In this document: in pieces, positions 11,254-21,530 of the stretch
Layout: every line of letters begins with the position of its first letter
Numbering within the stretch: position 1 is the stretch's first letter
From: an uncultured Nitrososphaerales archaeon
GTDB lineage: Archaea > Thermoproteota > Nitrososphaeria > Nitrososphaerales > Nitrososphaeraceae
NCBI GenBank assembly: GCA_963695855.1
Contig: CAVOHZ010000010.1
Coordinates: 1,568,001-1,632,000 of the forward strand
Direction: 5' to 3'
DNA: 64,000 nt
Program-made: the position numbers and the translations under genes
Notes under the pieces: model-generated
Databases searched by the model: none
Told to the model about the DNA's origin: nothing
What the model saw: only the letters and a program-made list of their open reading frames with translations

Positions 11254-12132
11254 TTAATTTGAGTTACCTACTTCTTGTTGATTATATTTTTTTTTCGATA
11301 TTATTACTAGACTTGCTCTTAAGACTTTGTCATTCATCATATAACCAGTACGAATTTCGCCAGTTATTATATTTTCAGCTTTATTATCAGTATATGAAAA
11401 ACTCACTATATGATGTTTATTTGGATCGAATATTGTACCAATGGTTTCAATTTTTCTTACGCCTTCTGATAACAAGGCGCTATAAAAATTCTTAATAATT
11501 CCATCCAAGCCATCTATCAAAACTGGATCAATACCTTGATTCTTTTTTATTACATCTAATGCCCTTTCATAATCATCTAGAATATTCAAAAATTTAGCCA
11601 AAATATTTGCTTTGCTTGTCTCTATAGTCGAATTCATCTGTTTTTCGATTTGTTTTCTGTAATTATCGAAATCTGCCATCAAATATTTTAATTTATTAAG
11701 AGTAATTTCTGACTCTTCTTTTGTTTTCTGTAACTCAATTTGGGTTTTGTTTAGTTCTTTGTTTAAAGATTCATAATCATAGGCTTCCACTTGCGGTTCT
11801 TGGGGTTCTTGGGGTTCTTGGGGTTCTTGCGGTTCTTGGGGTTCTTGCGGTTCTTGGGGTTCTTGGGGTTCTTGGGGTTCTTGCGGTTCTTGGGGTTCTT
11901 GGGGTTCTTGGGGTTCTTGGGGTTCTTGGGGTTCTTGGGGTTCTTGGGGTTCTTGGGGTTCTTGGGGTTCTTGGGGTTCTTGGGGTTCTTGGGGTTCTTG
12001 GGGTTCTTGGGGTTCTTGGGGTTCTTGGGGTTCTTGGGGTTCTTGGGGTTCTTGGGGTTCTTGGGGTTCTTGGGGTTCTTGGGGTTCTTGGGGTTCTTGG
12101 GGTTCTATTATATTTTGATTATTATAGAGCAT
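11254..12132 (-). CDS. grpE: Nucleotide exchange factor GrpE with N-terminal (EPQ)35 tract
   Basis: [43 protein letters not shown]; upstream of dnaK. Confidence 0.95.
   Translation of the reverse strand: MLYNNQNIIEPQEPQEPQEPQEPQEPQEPQEPQEPQEPQEPQEPQEPQEPQEPQEPQEPQEPQEPQEPQEPQEPQEPQEPQEPQEPQEPQEPQEPQEPQEPQEPQEPQEPQEPQVEAYDYESLNKELNKTQIELQKTKEESEITLNKLKYLMADFDNYRKQIEKQMNSTIETSKANILAKFLNILDDYERALDVIKKNQGIDPVLIDGLDGIIKNFYSALLSEGVRKIETIGTIFDPNKHHIVSFSYTDNKAENIITGEIRTGYMMNDKVLRASLVIISKKKYNQQEVGNSN
11791..12105. repeat. 9-bp tandem repeat, 35 copies (ttggggttc/ttgcggttc), encoding EPQ
   Basis: 315 bp of near-perfect repeat; only variant is synonymous. Confidence 0.97.
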
Positions 12133-12247
12133 AATCTCATATTAAGAAAGCAAGCAAAATAATTAGATATCGTTATAAATCTAGATATAACTTACTCGCA
12201 AGATAAAACATAAGACAAATTAAGTCTAAATTAGCAAATAAAATAAT

Positions 12248-12667
12248 ATGGTTTCTTCAGATGATGAGATTGCGGCTATAATGAGGAAAAAAATGAATGA
12301 GTTACAAAAGAGGGCAACAATTATTACAAAATTAAAAAAAATTACTGAACCAATACCTTTAAATGATACAAATTTTGATAATGAAAAAAACAAATATCCG
12401 TTGATGTTAGTAGATTTTTGGGCATCTTGGTGTGGACCGTGCAAGATAATCTCACCCATAATCGAACAATTAGCAAAAGAATACTCAGGTAAAATTGTAT
12501 TTGCAAAAATCAATGTAGATGAAAATCCCCAGATATCTAATAGATTTGGGATTCAAAGTATTCCCACTATGATAATCTTCAAGTGCGGAGAAGTTGTCGA
12601 TAGAATTATTGGTGCATTACCCAAAGTACAAATTGAGAACAAATTGAAAATATATTTAGAAGGATAA
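12248..12667 (+). CDS. trxA: Thioredoxin
   Basis: VDFWASWCGPCK, cis-Pro SIPT. Confidence 0.95.
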   Translation: MVSSDDEIAAIMRKKMNELQKRATIITKLKKITEPIPLNDTNFDNEKNKYPLMLVDFWASWCGPCKIISPIIEQLAKEYSGKIVFAKINVDENPQISNRFGIQSIPTMIIFKCGEVVDRIIGALPKVQIENKLKIYLEG

Positions 12668-12801
12668 TTGTGATTTTTATTATAAATATATAATTTTTTT
12701 CAAAATCCTCTCAAATATAATTGCATTTTTAATATTGGAAATGAAATTTAATAAATTAACATTCTGTATTCTATCTTGATTATAAACGGATTTGAAAATA
12801 A

Positions 12802-13233
12802 TTATGCATAATTACCCTTTATTGAAGATTTGGCTCCGCACGCTTCGCATAACAAAAACCCTAATTTCTTGTTTTTTTCCGTTCTGGTGTCATGACTACC
12901 GCAAACTGGACAGATAACATAATCTTTTACATATCTATCTATTAAAGCACCAAATGAAGAGCGTTCTTTACGACCAAGAAAGATTACTCTATCGCCAATA
13001 ATATATCCAGCAGATGCAAGCTCTTTATTTAGATAAAGTAATATTTTTTCTGGCTCCCGTCGTAATGCTTTTGGAAATTCCATAAAATTTCTAAAAATTG
13101 TTCTTTGGCCAACCCAAATTATCTGTGGTTGCGGTAATTCTAATCTCGAGATTTCTTTTTTTGAAGTTGTACCTAGTTTATTGTAAAGTCTATCTAGTAA
13201 TAATTCGTAATTTGCTTTAGTTTGGATCCCCAC
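12802..13233 (-). CDS. eif2b: Translation initiation factor aIF-2 beta subunit
   Basis: YELLLDRLY, NF...ALRR, YVICPVCGSHDT...CEACGA zinc ribbon. Confidence 0.93.
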   Translation of the reverse strand: MGIQTKANYELLLDRLYNKLGTTSKKEISRLELPQPQIIWVGQRTIFRNFMEFPKALRREPEKILLYLNKELASAGYIIGDRVIFLGRKERSSFGALIDRYVKDYVICPVCGSHDTRTEKNKKLGFLLCEACGAKSSIKGNYA

Positions 13234-13503
13234 ATATTATTAGAGATTTCTTCTGTTTAATGTACGTTATGATATTATAACCATGCAAAATTAAATCATG
13301 ATCAAAAATAATTTGAATAAAATGGTCCTTTCAAAATAATAACTCTTCTACAAAGATCAGACAACATCTATCAAATTTTAATACACTGACAAAATAAAAT
13401 ATCATCCGATCAGAGAATGATAAATTTTTAAATTTAAATTTTAATGCGGATCATATTATATAAACAATGAAATAAATTTAAATTTAAATTTTGTCTATAA
13501 TTT

Positions 13504-14109
13504 TTATAAATCGATCTTTTGCAGCCATTCAAAAAAAGGTTCAAATATATTTGCATATGGTAACTTTTGATGATCTGAGACATTATATCCAACCATCAAC
13601 ATTCTTCCTTCAAGTTTATCCACTAAATTAGATGGTATTACTGATTTTTCTAATGGATGATTGATTAAATGGAAAAAGTAGTCTTGTTTATAATAAACAA
13701 TATGCTGTTCAAAACAGCTTGACAGGATAGTAGGATCTCTTAAAATACGGATATCCATTTTTTGATAATTAAATTCTTTATTTTCGATTGATATCTGCAA
13801 TATTCTCTTTATATATTCTTCCCTAATAAAATCAGAATTAATTTTTGTTTGTTGGAAACTTCTAAAAATTTTAATATTTCTTAATGTTTGTTCCATTGTT
13901 TTTTTTGCAATACTATGAACTGATGATATGTCCAATGGTTCCCTAATTTTTTGATTTTTGCCGAACAAATAGTATGTTCCTATTATTTCGTCTTTTTCTA
14001 TAAATGGAAATTCCCGCTTTTTATTTATAAAATCGAAGAGTCTTGTATTTAAATCACTAGGCAAAAAAATTCCCATATATGAATCAGTAACTACAACCAA
14101 CACTAACAC
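13504..14109 (-). CDS. Hypothetical protein (likely ATG start, MGIFLP, about 14076)
   Basis: Long ORF with normal composition, no recognised motif. Confidence 0.65.
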   Translation of the reverse strand: MLVLVVVTDSYMGIFLPSDLNTRLFDFINKKREFPFIEKDEIIGTYYLFGKNQKIREPLDISSVHSIAKKTMEQTLRNIKIFRSFQQTKINSDFIREEYIKRILQISIENKEFNYQKMDIRILRDPTILSSCFEQHIVYYKQDYFFHLINHPLEKSVIPSNLVDKLEGRMLMVGYNVSDHQKLPYANIFEPFFEWLQKIDL

Positions 14110-14276
14110 CTGAAAGTGATATACTTCTAAAAGAAGAACATATGTCTATTTAATTATTACGAGTTAATAATACTCAGACAATAGGTCACATTTGTTAAAA
14201 ATAAATTGTTCTGTTTATATAACGATAGTTTTAATCTATTCTAATTTATTATCTATGTCAAAATAAAAAAAAGAAT

Positions 14277-14813
14277 TTAGTGAGCGTGTGGTGGTGGAGC
14301 GCTTCCTTTTGAAAGTGATTCGTTGAAGGTTCCAGATGCCTTTTCATGGAATTCTAGAGAGGATTGATCTACTTTAATTGCTTGAGGAGGACATACTGAA
14401 ACACATGCCATACACCATATACAATCATGTTCTCTAATTGGATCTGCTTTATCAGTGTAATCCTTTCTCTCTTCTTTAACAGAAGAACCTGTTCCTTCCC
14501 AGGTTTGTTCATGAGCATCTTTTGCAGGAACATCATGCTCAGTTCTATACCATTGAAATACTTGAACCGGACAGGCCTCGATGCATGCACCATCTGCAAC
14601 ACATGAATCCCAATCAACGGCTACCATTGTACCACTTACACCCAATGGAACTTGTTCCTCTCCATGTGCAGTATACGCTGTCTTTACTTCTTCATTTTCT
14701 GCTGCTTCTGCCTGTTTACCTGGTCCCCATCTGAAGTGGAATTGTTCACCATCACCTAATTTGATCTTACCAATTACTTGGTAATTGTTTGGAAATTCTG
14801 GATCTATTGGCAT
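14277..14813 (-). CDS. Ferredoxin (3Fe-4S/4Fe-4S, zinc-ferredoxin-like)
   Basis: CVADGACIEACP and CIWCMACVSVCP; N-terminal MPIDPEF extension. Confidence 0.9.
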   Translation of the reverse strand: MPIDPEFPNNYQVIGKIKLGDGEQFHFRWGPGKQAEAAENEEVKTAYTAHGEEQVPLGVSGTMVAVDWDSCVADGACIEACPVQVFQWYRTEHDVPAKDAHEQTWEGTGSSVKEERKDYTDKADPIREHDCIWCMACVSVCPPQAIKVDQSSLEFHEKASGTFNESLSKGSAPPPHAH

Positions 14814-14986
14814 TTATATCTGAATTTATCCATGATAGTATATTATATAAATCATATGTGAAAAAAATTTTGATATGAGTTAAAGAACCTAGAAATATAA
14901 ATAGTTCAAAATGAATCGAGAATAATTTTAGATTAAAAAATTAAATTATTGCAATATTATTTTTATAATGAAATAAAAAAAGAGGA

Positions 14987-16231
14987 TTAGTCGTTGAACG
15001 ACTTCTCTGCATGTTGTGTTATATCTAGGCCTGCTTCTTCTTCATCATCTGATACTCTTAGTGGGGTTATCTTATCTATTATCTTGAATATTGCAAACGT
15101 TACTCCGAATGCAAATGCTCCTACCACGAGGATACCAAATGCTTGTATACCCAGTTGAGCTGGATTTCCATATAGCCAGCCTATAGGTCCACCAGGATAT
15201 ATAGCTTGGGTACCAGCTATACCGATTGCTAGTGCTCCGAGTATACCTGTTACACCGTGAACTGAACTTACATCCAATGCATCATCTATCTTTAGTCTCT
15301 CTTTGAATAATACTATACCATAGTAAGATCCAAGACCAAGAACTATTCCTAGTACAAATGCTGCTTCTCCTGTTATGTATCCTGCCGCTGGAGTAATTCC
15401 AGCAAGTCCCGAGATTGCACCGTTGATAACAGCAGCTACAGATGGTTTTCCGGACCGCTTCCATGACAAGAACAGCCAAACTATCGTACACGTTGAAGCA
15501 CCAATTTGAGAGTTTAGAAGAGCTTGAGCTGCCACACCATTTGCCGCTAATGCGCTACCTCCATTAAATCCGAACCAACCAAGCCATAGCATTGTTGCTC
15601 CTATTACAGCTAAAGGCAGATTATGTGGTATCATTATTTGTGGACCAAAGTTCTTCCTTCTTCCAAGTACAAGTCCCGCCGCAAGACAAGCCATACCTGC
15701 AGTAGTATGTATAACTATACCCCCTGCAAAGTCCCATACTCCTAGTTGGAAAAGCCATCCTCCTCCCCAGATCCAGTGCGCCACTGGGAAGTAGACAAAC
15801 AAACTCCAAGCCACTGTAAAGATGAAAAATGCACTGTATCTCATTCTCTCTGCATATCCACCGGATATTAAAAGCGGAGTAATTACCGCGAACATCATCT
15901 GATAGGTAGCAAAGGTTACTCCTGGAATTGTTGGAGCAGCGCCAAATGCTTCATGAGTCCCGACGCCATGATAGAAGACATGATCTATACCTCCTATTAT
16001 GCCTCCTTGATCGGGTCCAAAGGTTAGCGTGAATCCAACGATAAACCAGAGAGTTGAGACAATTGCTAATCCAGAAAATGTGTGCATAATTGCCGAAAGA
16101 CCGTTTTTGAATCTTATTAAACCAGCTTCAAAGAATCCGAGCCCCGGTGTCATCATCATTACAAGACCTGTTGCAACAATCATCCATGCAGTATCACCAG
16201 TATCTAATGCCATTCCTGTTGCATAATCCAC
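14987..16231 (-). CDS. amt: Ammonium transporter, Amt family
   Basis: DTAW, DFAGGIVIH, WLGWFGFNGGS, DDALDVSSVHG (twin His), EEEAGLD. Confidence 0.97.
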   Translation of the reverse strand: MDYATGMALDTGDTAWMIVATGLVMMMTPGLGFFEAGLIRFKNGLSAIMHTFSGLAIVSTLWFIVGFTLTFGPDQGGIIGGIDHVFYHGVGTHEAFGAAPTIPGVTFATYQMMFAVITPLLISGGYAERMRYSAFFIFTVAWSLFVYFPVAHWIWGGGWLFQLGVWDFAGGIVIHTTAGMACLAAGLVLGRRKNFGPQIMIPHNLPLAVIGATMLWLGWFGFNGGSALAANGVAAQALLNSQIGASTCTIVWLFLSWKRSGKPSVAAVINGAISGLAGITPAAGYITGEAAFVLGIVLGLGSYYGIVLFKERLKIDDALDVSSVHGVTGILGALAIGIAGTQAIYPGGPIGWLYGNPAQLGIQAFGILVVGAFAFGVTFAIFKIIDKITPLRVSDDEEEAGLDITQHAEKSFND

Positions 16232-16318
16232 ATAGTATTATAAAAAAGTTTGTTCTTTCAAAATAAAGAATAATTTTTGGTTCTATATCAATTAGTAATT
16301 ATAAATTATTAAAAAAAA

Positions 16319-17452
16319 TTAAATAAAAATTGATAATTCTTCCTTTAATATATTTACCATATTTTCAACATCAGTTTCTGTAACATATGGATGTACAGGA
16401 AATGATAATACTGTTTTACTGGCTGATTCAGTATTGGGCAGAGTTCCTTGAAAACTAAATTGTTTATAATATGGAGTAAGATGAACTGAAGGATCGTAGT
16501 ATACTGAAACGCCTATTCCACGTTCAATCATCTTTTTCTTTATATGTTCCCTTAATTCAGAACTGTTTTTTCTGATGAAACCCAATGTATAAAGATACCA
16601 ATTAAATTTTTTGATATCATTTTCTTTAGGAATATTTAATACTTGAAAATTTGAAATTGATTTTTCAATGAAATTGGACAATAATTGAGAATTTCTTCTT
16701 CGAATTTCTAATATTTGGTTTATTTTCCTCATTTGTATCTTTGCAAGAGCAGCACTTAGTTCGGGAAGTCGATAGTTAAATCCAGGAATATGTGTATCAT
16801 ATCCTTCAACCATTCCATGATTTCTTATCATCTTTAATGTGTCTGCAATTTTATCATCGTTTGTTACAATTGCTCCTCCTTCTCCGGCTGTCAAGACCTT
16901 ACTAGCATAAAAACTGAAACATCCTAACTTACCAAAGGTTCCAGTTTGTTTATTTTTATAAGTAGAACCTAAAGATTGACAAGCATCTTCTATAATATCG
17001 AAAGAATTTTGTTTTGAAATTTCTGCCAGTTCATCTAAATCAGCTGGATGACCATATAAATGAACAGGAATCATGGCCTTTGTCTTCTTAGTAATTTTTT
17101 TCTTTAAGTCTGGAATATCAATTGTATAATCTTTTTTATTAATATCCACAAAAACTGGTTTTGCGCCTGCTGCAATAACAGAATTTGCGGTAGCTACAAA
17201 TGTAAATGATGGAAGTAACACTTCATCTCCAGAGTTAATACCTATAGCAAGTAAAGAGGCATGTAAAGCAGCTGTACCAGAATTTACAGAAATTACGTGC
17301 TTTACGTTCAAAAAACCTCGCAGAGATAATTCAAATTCTTGTACTCTCTTGCCACCTTCTCTAGATGCACTTGTAAGAATATTTTCATCAAGAACTCGCA
17401 TAACTTCTTGTTTCTCTTCATTATCAATCCACGGTTTATTAATTGGAATCAT
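16319..17452 (-). CDS. DegT/DnrJ/EryC1/StrS PLP-dependent aminotransferase
   Basis: NSGTAALH, TFVAT, PVHLYG, IIEDACQS, FSFYASK, GEGG. Confidence 0.93.
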   Translation of the reverse strand: MIPINKPWIDNEEKQEVMRVLDENILTSASREGGKRVQEFELSLRGFLNVKHVISVNSGTAALHASLLAIGINSGDEVLLPSFTFVATANSVIAAGAKPVFVDINKKDYTIDIPDLKKKITKKTKAMIPVHLYGHPADLDELAEISKQNSFDIIEDACQSLGSTYKNKQTGTFGKLGCFSFYASKVLTAGEGGAIVTNDDKIADTLKMIRNHGMVEGYDTHIPGFNYRLPELSAALAKIQMRKINQILEIRRRNSQLLSNFIEKSISNFQVLNIPKENDIKKFNWYLYTLGFIRKNSSELREHIKKKMIERGIGVSVYYDPSVHLTPYYKQFSFQGTLPNTESASKTVLSFPVHPYVTETDVENMVNILKEELSIFI

Positions 17453-17830
17453 TTTATATTTTAGCTGATTATTTAAAGTAATTAAGTTTTTGTAATGAAC
17501 ATCAATATATGTTTATTTACTTTGTTTCGAGTTGATATACACATTAGTAGATGTTAGTCGATGACCATAAATTAAAATTATAAATGATAGGCCAAAATTT
17601 GATAATCCTATGAATTACTATCTTATAGTTTTTAATTTAGAGACAACAATATACATTTATTTTGATTTTCAACATTTAAATTGAAAATGAAACAGTAGCT
17701 ATCAATAGTATTATTCTACTTTTTTAATATTCACAGTTTTTGAATATATTTGAAAAAAGATAAATATCAATCGACTTTGATAAAGTATATTATTAAAATA
17801 TAATAATAAGTAATTTAGCTTATTTGTTGT

Positions 17831-17954
17831 GCAGATGTGGCAGAGTGGTCTTCCATTAGGAACACAATAATGCGTCGGCCTTGAGTAATCTTCAAGGTTA
17901 AGAGCAAGCCGATTCGCCTTCGGGCGAGCAGGAGTTCAAATCTCCTCATCTGCG
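17831..17954 (+). tRNA. tRNA-Ser(UGA) with two introns (D-loop about 17850-17867; anticodon loop 37/38 about 17886-17906)
   Basis: Acceptor GCAGATG/CATCTGC plus G73; anticodon stem TCGGC/GCCGA with CT-TGA-G; long variable arm; T arm AGGAG-TTCAAAT-CTCCT; T-run downstream. Confidence 0.88.
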
Positions 17955-17997
17955 CTTTTTTTTAAAAAATGATTTGTGGATAGACGAATTATGATTT

Positions 17998-19161
17998 TTG
18001 AAAATGAAATTTATTATGCTTCAGATAACTTCTATATTAATCAGTATAAAAATGGATAAGAGATTATTTATTATAGCGATATTTGTGGCAATGGTTGGTA
18101 TTATAACAATTCTTATGACTCCATCTGACACTACTATTCCTCTGCCAGAACCAGAATCATTACTAAATAAAACTGGCTCCAATAAGGGAATAGAGATCAT
18201 TGCAGATAATCTAGACTCTCCTTGGGCCATTGATATATCTAAAGATAATAGGATTTTTTTTACCGAAAGAGATGGAAAAATAAGAACTATAGATACTAAT
18301 GGAAATATTCTTGACGAGCCAGTTGCATTCATAAGAGTAGAACAAAAGGGAGGTTCGGGGTTATTAGGAATTGTATTGCATCCTAATTTTACTGAGAATC
18401 ATCTAATGTATATTTATCATACTTATACCAATGGAAACGAGTTCTTTAACAAAGTGCTTCTTTTAAAAGAAAAAGATAATAAAATTATAGATTCAAAAAT
18501 AATAATTGATTCTATACCAGGATCTTTATATAATAACGGAGGAAGAATAAAGATTGGACCAGATAATAAATTATATATCCCAACAGGAGATGCTTCGAAG
18601 TCATACCTTGCACAAAATCTTTCTTCACTTGCCGGCAAGATATTACGTGTTAATTTAGACGGAACAATTCCAGAAGATAATCCATTCAGGAATTCGCCTG
18701 TATATTCAATGGGACATAGAAACATTCAAGGAATTGCATGGCATCCAGAAAACAAAAGTATGTATGTATCTGAACATGGTCCATCTGGTTTTGATGAAAT
18801 AAATTTAATAATAGCAGGAAAAAATTACGGATGGCCTAACGTGAAATGTGAAGGAACAAAGGATTTTGAAAAGGCTATTTTCTGCTTTAATCCGGCTATA
18901 GCACCTAGTGGAATAACTTTTGCATCATCCGATAAATTAGGATATAAAAATGATCTTATTATCACTACCTTAAAAGGATCTCATTTAAGACAAATAGACA
19001 TCGAATCACATGAACAGAATAACGTATTGGTAGGTTATGGAAGGCTAAGAGACGTAGTTGAGGGAAATGATGGTTCTTTATACATTTTAACAAGTAACAC
19101 GGATGGAAGAGGCATTCCTCAAGACAACGACGATAAGATTTTAAAAATACTCAAACCTTAG
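17998..19161 (+). CDS. PQQ-dependent glucose/sorbosone dehydrogenase with N-terminal membrane anchor (start likely later, about 18052)
   Basis: LDSPWAI, FTERDG, GLLGIVLHPNF, GGRIKIGPD, GHRNIQG, YGRLRDV. Confidence 0.9.
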   Translation: MKMKFIMLQITSILISIKMDKRLFIIAIFVAMVGIITILMTPSDTTIPLPEPESLLNKTGSNKGIEIIADNLDSPWAIDISKDNRIFFTERDGKIRTIDTNGNILDEPVAFIRVEQKGGSGLLGIVLHPNFTENHLMYIYHTYTNGNEFFNKVLLLKEKDNKIIDSKIIIDSIPGSLYNNGGRIKIGPDNKLYIPTGDASKSYLAQNLSSLAGKILRVNLDGTIPEDNPFRNSPVYSMGHRNIQGIAWHPENKSMYVSEHGPSGFDEINLIIAGKNYGWPNVKCEGTKDFEKAIFCFNPAIAPSGITFASSDKLGYKNDLIITTLKGSHLRQIDIESHEQNNVLVGYGRLRDVVEGNDGSLYILTSNTDGRGIPQDNDDKILKILKP

Positions 19162-19168
19162 TTAATTT

Positions 19169-20494
19169 GTGAAAAAAGGTAAAATGCAGCGAAACGATAA
19201 CTCGTTAAAAAAATTTTATGAATTAGATCTAGATGAGAGACTAGATTATATTCAAAATGAAACTAAAATAAAAAAAAAGGATTTACAATTATTAAAAGAT
19301 TTGCCCAAAAATTTTTCTTTTAACAAAATTAACAATATGGTAGAGAATGCAATAGGAATAATACCTATTCCATTAGGAATTGCTACGAATTTTGTAATTA
19401 ATGGAAAAAAATATTTGATACCAGTTTCGATAGAAGAACCTTCAGTTATTGCAGCGGCAAGTAATGCGGCTAAGATCGCCAAGATGGGAGGAGGTTTCAT
19501 AGCTGAAGCTGATGAATCAATAATGATAGGACAAATTCAGCTAGTAGCAAGAAAGAGGAATCACAAAGATCTATTTGCAAGTAAGAAGGAGAGAGAACGG
19601 GTAAAAAAAATAATTACAGATAATAAAAAGGAACTTTTAAAGATTGCAAATTCGAGGAGTAGAACTGTATTAGCTAAAGATATTCAGGTTCGAGAGATAT
19701 TAGATGAGAGTATTAACAATATGGGTTATATGATAATAATAGAATTAATAGTTGATACAAAAGATGCGATGGGGGCTAATGTTATCAATACTATGTGTGA
19801 ATCTATTGCTCCGAAGATTGAAAAATTATCCAATGGAGAAGTAGTTCTCAAAATATTATCAAATTATTCTGTAAATCGATTGGCAAGATGTAAAGCAACT
19901 TTTCCCAAAGAGATGATAGGTGGATCTGAAGGAGTAAATAGGATTCTCTTAGCTTATGCTTTCGCATATTCTGATACGTTTCGAGCAGTTACTCATAATA
20001 AGGGGATAATGAATGGTATTGATGCTTTAGCAATAGCAACTGGACAAGATTTTCGAGCGCTTGAAGCATCTATACATGCATATGCTGCAAGAGATGGTAA
20101 GTATAGATCATTAACAAAATGGTATAAATCTAAAGATGGAGACTTGATTGGAGAAATAGAGGTACCTATGGCTATTGGAATTATTGGAGGAATAGTATCC
20201 GTACATCCCATAGTAAAAGTTGTATTAAACATTCTAGATATAAAAAATGTCAAGGAACTTGCATCGATTTTTGTTGCAATAGGTTTGGCTCAAAATTTTG
20301 CCGCTATCAGGGCATTGGCTAATGAAGGAATTCAGAAGGGTCATATGAAATTACATGCGAGAAATATAGCTCTTACAGCTGGAGCAGAAGAAAATCAAGT
20401 GTATTTTATAGCTGAAAGACTAATAAAAGAAAAAAATGTTAGTGTAAGTAAGGCTAAGGAGATAATTGAATTATTGAATTCAAATAGAATTTAA
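19169..20494 (+). CDS. mvaA: Hydroxymethylglutaryl-CoA reductase (class II)
   Basis: ENAIG, EEPSVIAAAS, DAMGAN, THNKGIMNG, GQDFRA, GIQKGHMKLH. Confidence 0.93.
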   Translation: MKKGKMQRNDNSLKKFYELDLDERLDYIQNETKIKKKDLQLLKDLPKNFSFNKINNMVENAIGIIPIPLGIATNFVINGKKYLIPVSIEEPSVIAAASNAAKIAKMGGGFIAEADESIMIGQIQLVARKRNHKDLFASKKERERVKKIITDNKKELLKIANSRSRTVLAKDIQVREILDESINNMGYMIIIELIVDTKDAMGANVINTMCESIAPKIEKLSNGEVVLKILSNYSVNRLARCKATFPKEMIGGSEGVNRILLAYAFAYSDTFRAVTHNKGIMNGIDALAIATGQDFRALEASIHAYAARDGKYRSLTKWYKSKDGDLIGEIEVPMAIGIIGGIVSVHPIVKVVLNILDIKNVKELASIFVAIGLAQNFAAIRALANEGIQKGHMKLHARNIALTAGAEENQVYFIAERLIKEKNVSVSKAKEIIELLNSNRI

Positions 20495-20546
20495 TACTCT
20501 TAACAATTAGATATATATCGGATAAACAATTTTTTCTTGTACATTT

Positions 20547-21530
20547 ATGCCTGCTGTAGTTAAATTCGCTGTACCAAAGGGAACTATTGAAGAGGCAACT
20601 TTTAAGATATTAGAAGAGGCTTGGCAAAAAGTCAGTGGAAAAGCAAGAACATATAGAATAAAACTGAGTGATCCTGAAATAGAGGTTAAACTTCTAAGAC
20701 CACAGGAAATTCCCACTTATGTACAAGAAGGACTATATGATATAGGTATCACTGGAAAGGACTGGATAAAGGAAGCAAGAGCGGATGTAAAAATATTGCT
20801 AGATTTAGAGTATGGCAAAGTTAAACAGGTGATTGCAATTCCTGAAAATTTTCAGTTTAACAATTTGGATGATATGATCGCTGAATATGCAAAAAATAAA
20901 AAACCCTTAAGAATATCTTCTGAATACCTTACAACAATAGCAGATCATATAAAATCTAATTCAGCCTATAAAAAATATTTTGGAGATAGTGATCCAATGA
21001 TAATTACACCATGGATAAGAATTGGAGAAAATAAGAATGTAGAAATTTTCCTTTCTTTTGGTGCAACGGAGGCTAAACCGCCTGAGGATGTTGATGCAAT
21101 ATGCGATATTACAGAAACTGGAACAACTTTGATCCAAAATAATCTAAAAATAATAGATAATATAATGGAATCAAGTTCTGTTGTTATAGCGAACAAACAG
21201 TCTATACAAGACGATAAAAAAAGAGAAAAAATTACAGATATGATCGCCTTGTTGAGAGGAGTTGTCGAAGCAAGAAAAAAACTTCATATTTTTGTAAATG
21301 TCAAGAAGGAGAATTTAGATGAGCTACTCGGTAGACTGCCCGCATTGAAACGTCCAACAATCAGTCCTTTGAGTGAGGAAGGGTGGTATGGAGTTAATAC
21401 AATAATCGATAAGAATGAATTCATAAAAATTGTTCCAGTTATGAGAAAAATTGCTCAAGGATTGGTAGTACTACAACCAACGCAGATATTGCCTTTTGAA
21501 GAAATAAAGATAGATAAAGAAGATGGTTAG
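20547..21530 (+). CDS. hisG: ATP phosphoribosyltransferase (long form)
   Basis: AVPKG, RPQEIP, GITGKD, GATE, DITETGTT; C-terminal regulatory domain. Confidence 0.93.
   Translation: MPAVVKFAVPKGTIEEATFKILEEAWQKVSGKARTYRIKLSDPEIEVKLLRPQEIPTYVQEGLYDIGITGKDWIKEARADVKILLDLEYGKVKQVIAIPENFQFNNLDDMIAEYAKNKKPLRISSEYLTTIADHIKSNSAYKKYFGDSDPMIITPWIRIGENKNVEIFLSFGATEAKPPEDVDAICDITETGTTLIQNNLKIIDNIMESSSVVIANKQSIQDDKKREKITDMIALLRGVVEARKKLHIFVNVKKENLDELLGRLPALKRPTISPLSEEGWYGVNTIIDKNEFIKIVPVMRKIAQGLVVLQPTQILPFEEIKIDKEDG

Noticed and set aside
11721-12162. Plus-strand ORFs (VLG)n and (FLG)n
   Set aside because: Antisense shadows of the EPQ repeat in grpE
13415-13500. AT-only palindromes (aaatttaaattt)
   Set aside because: Expected by chance at this AT content
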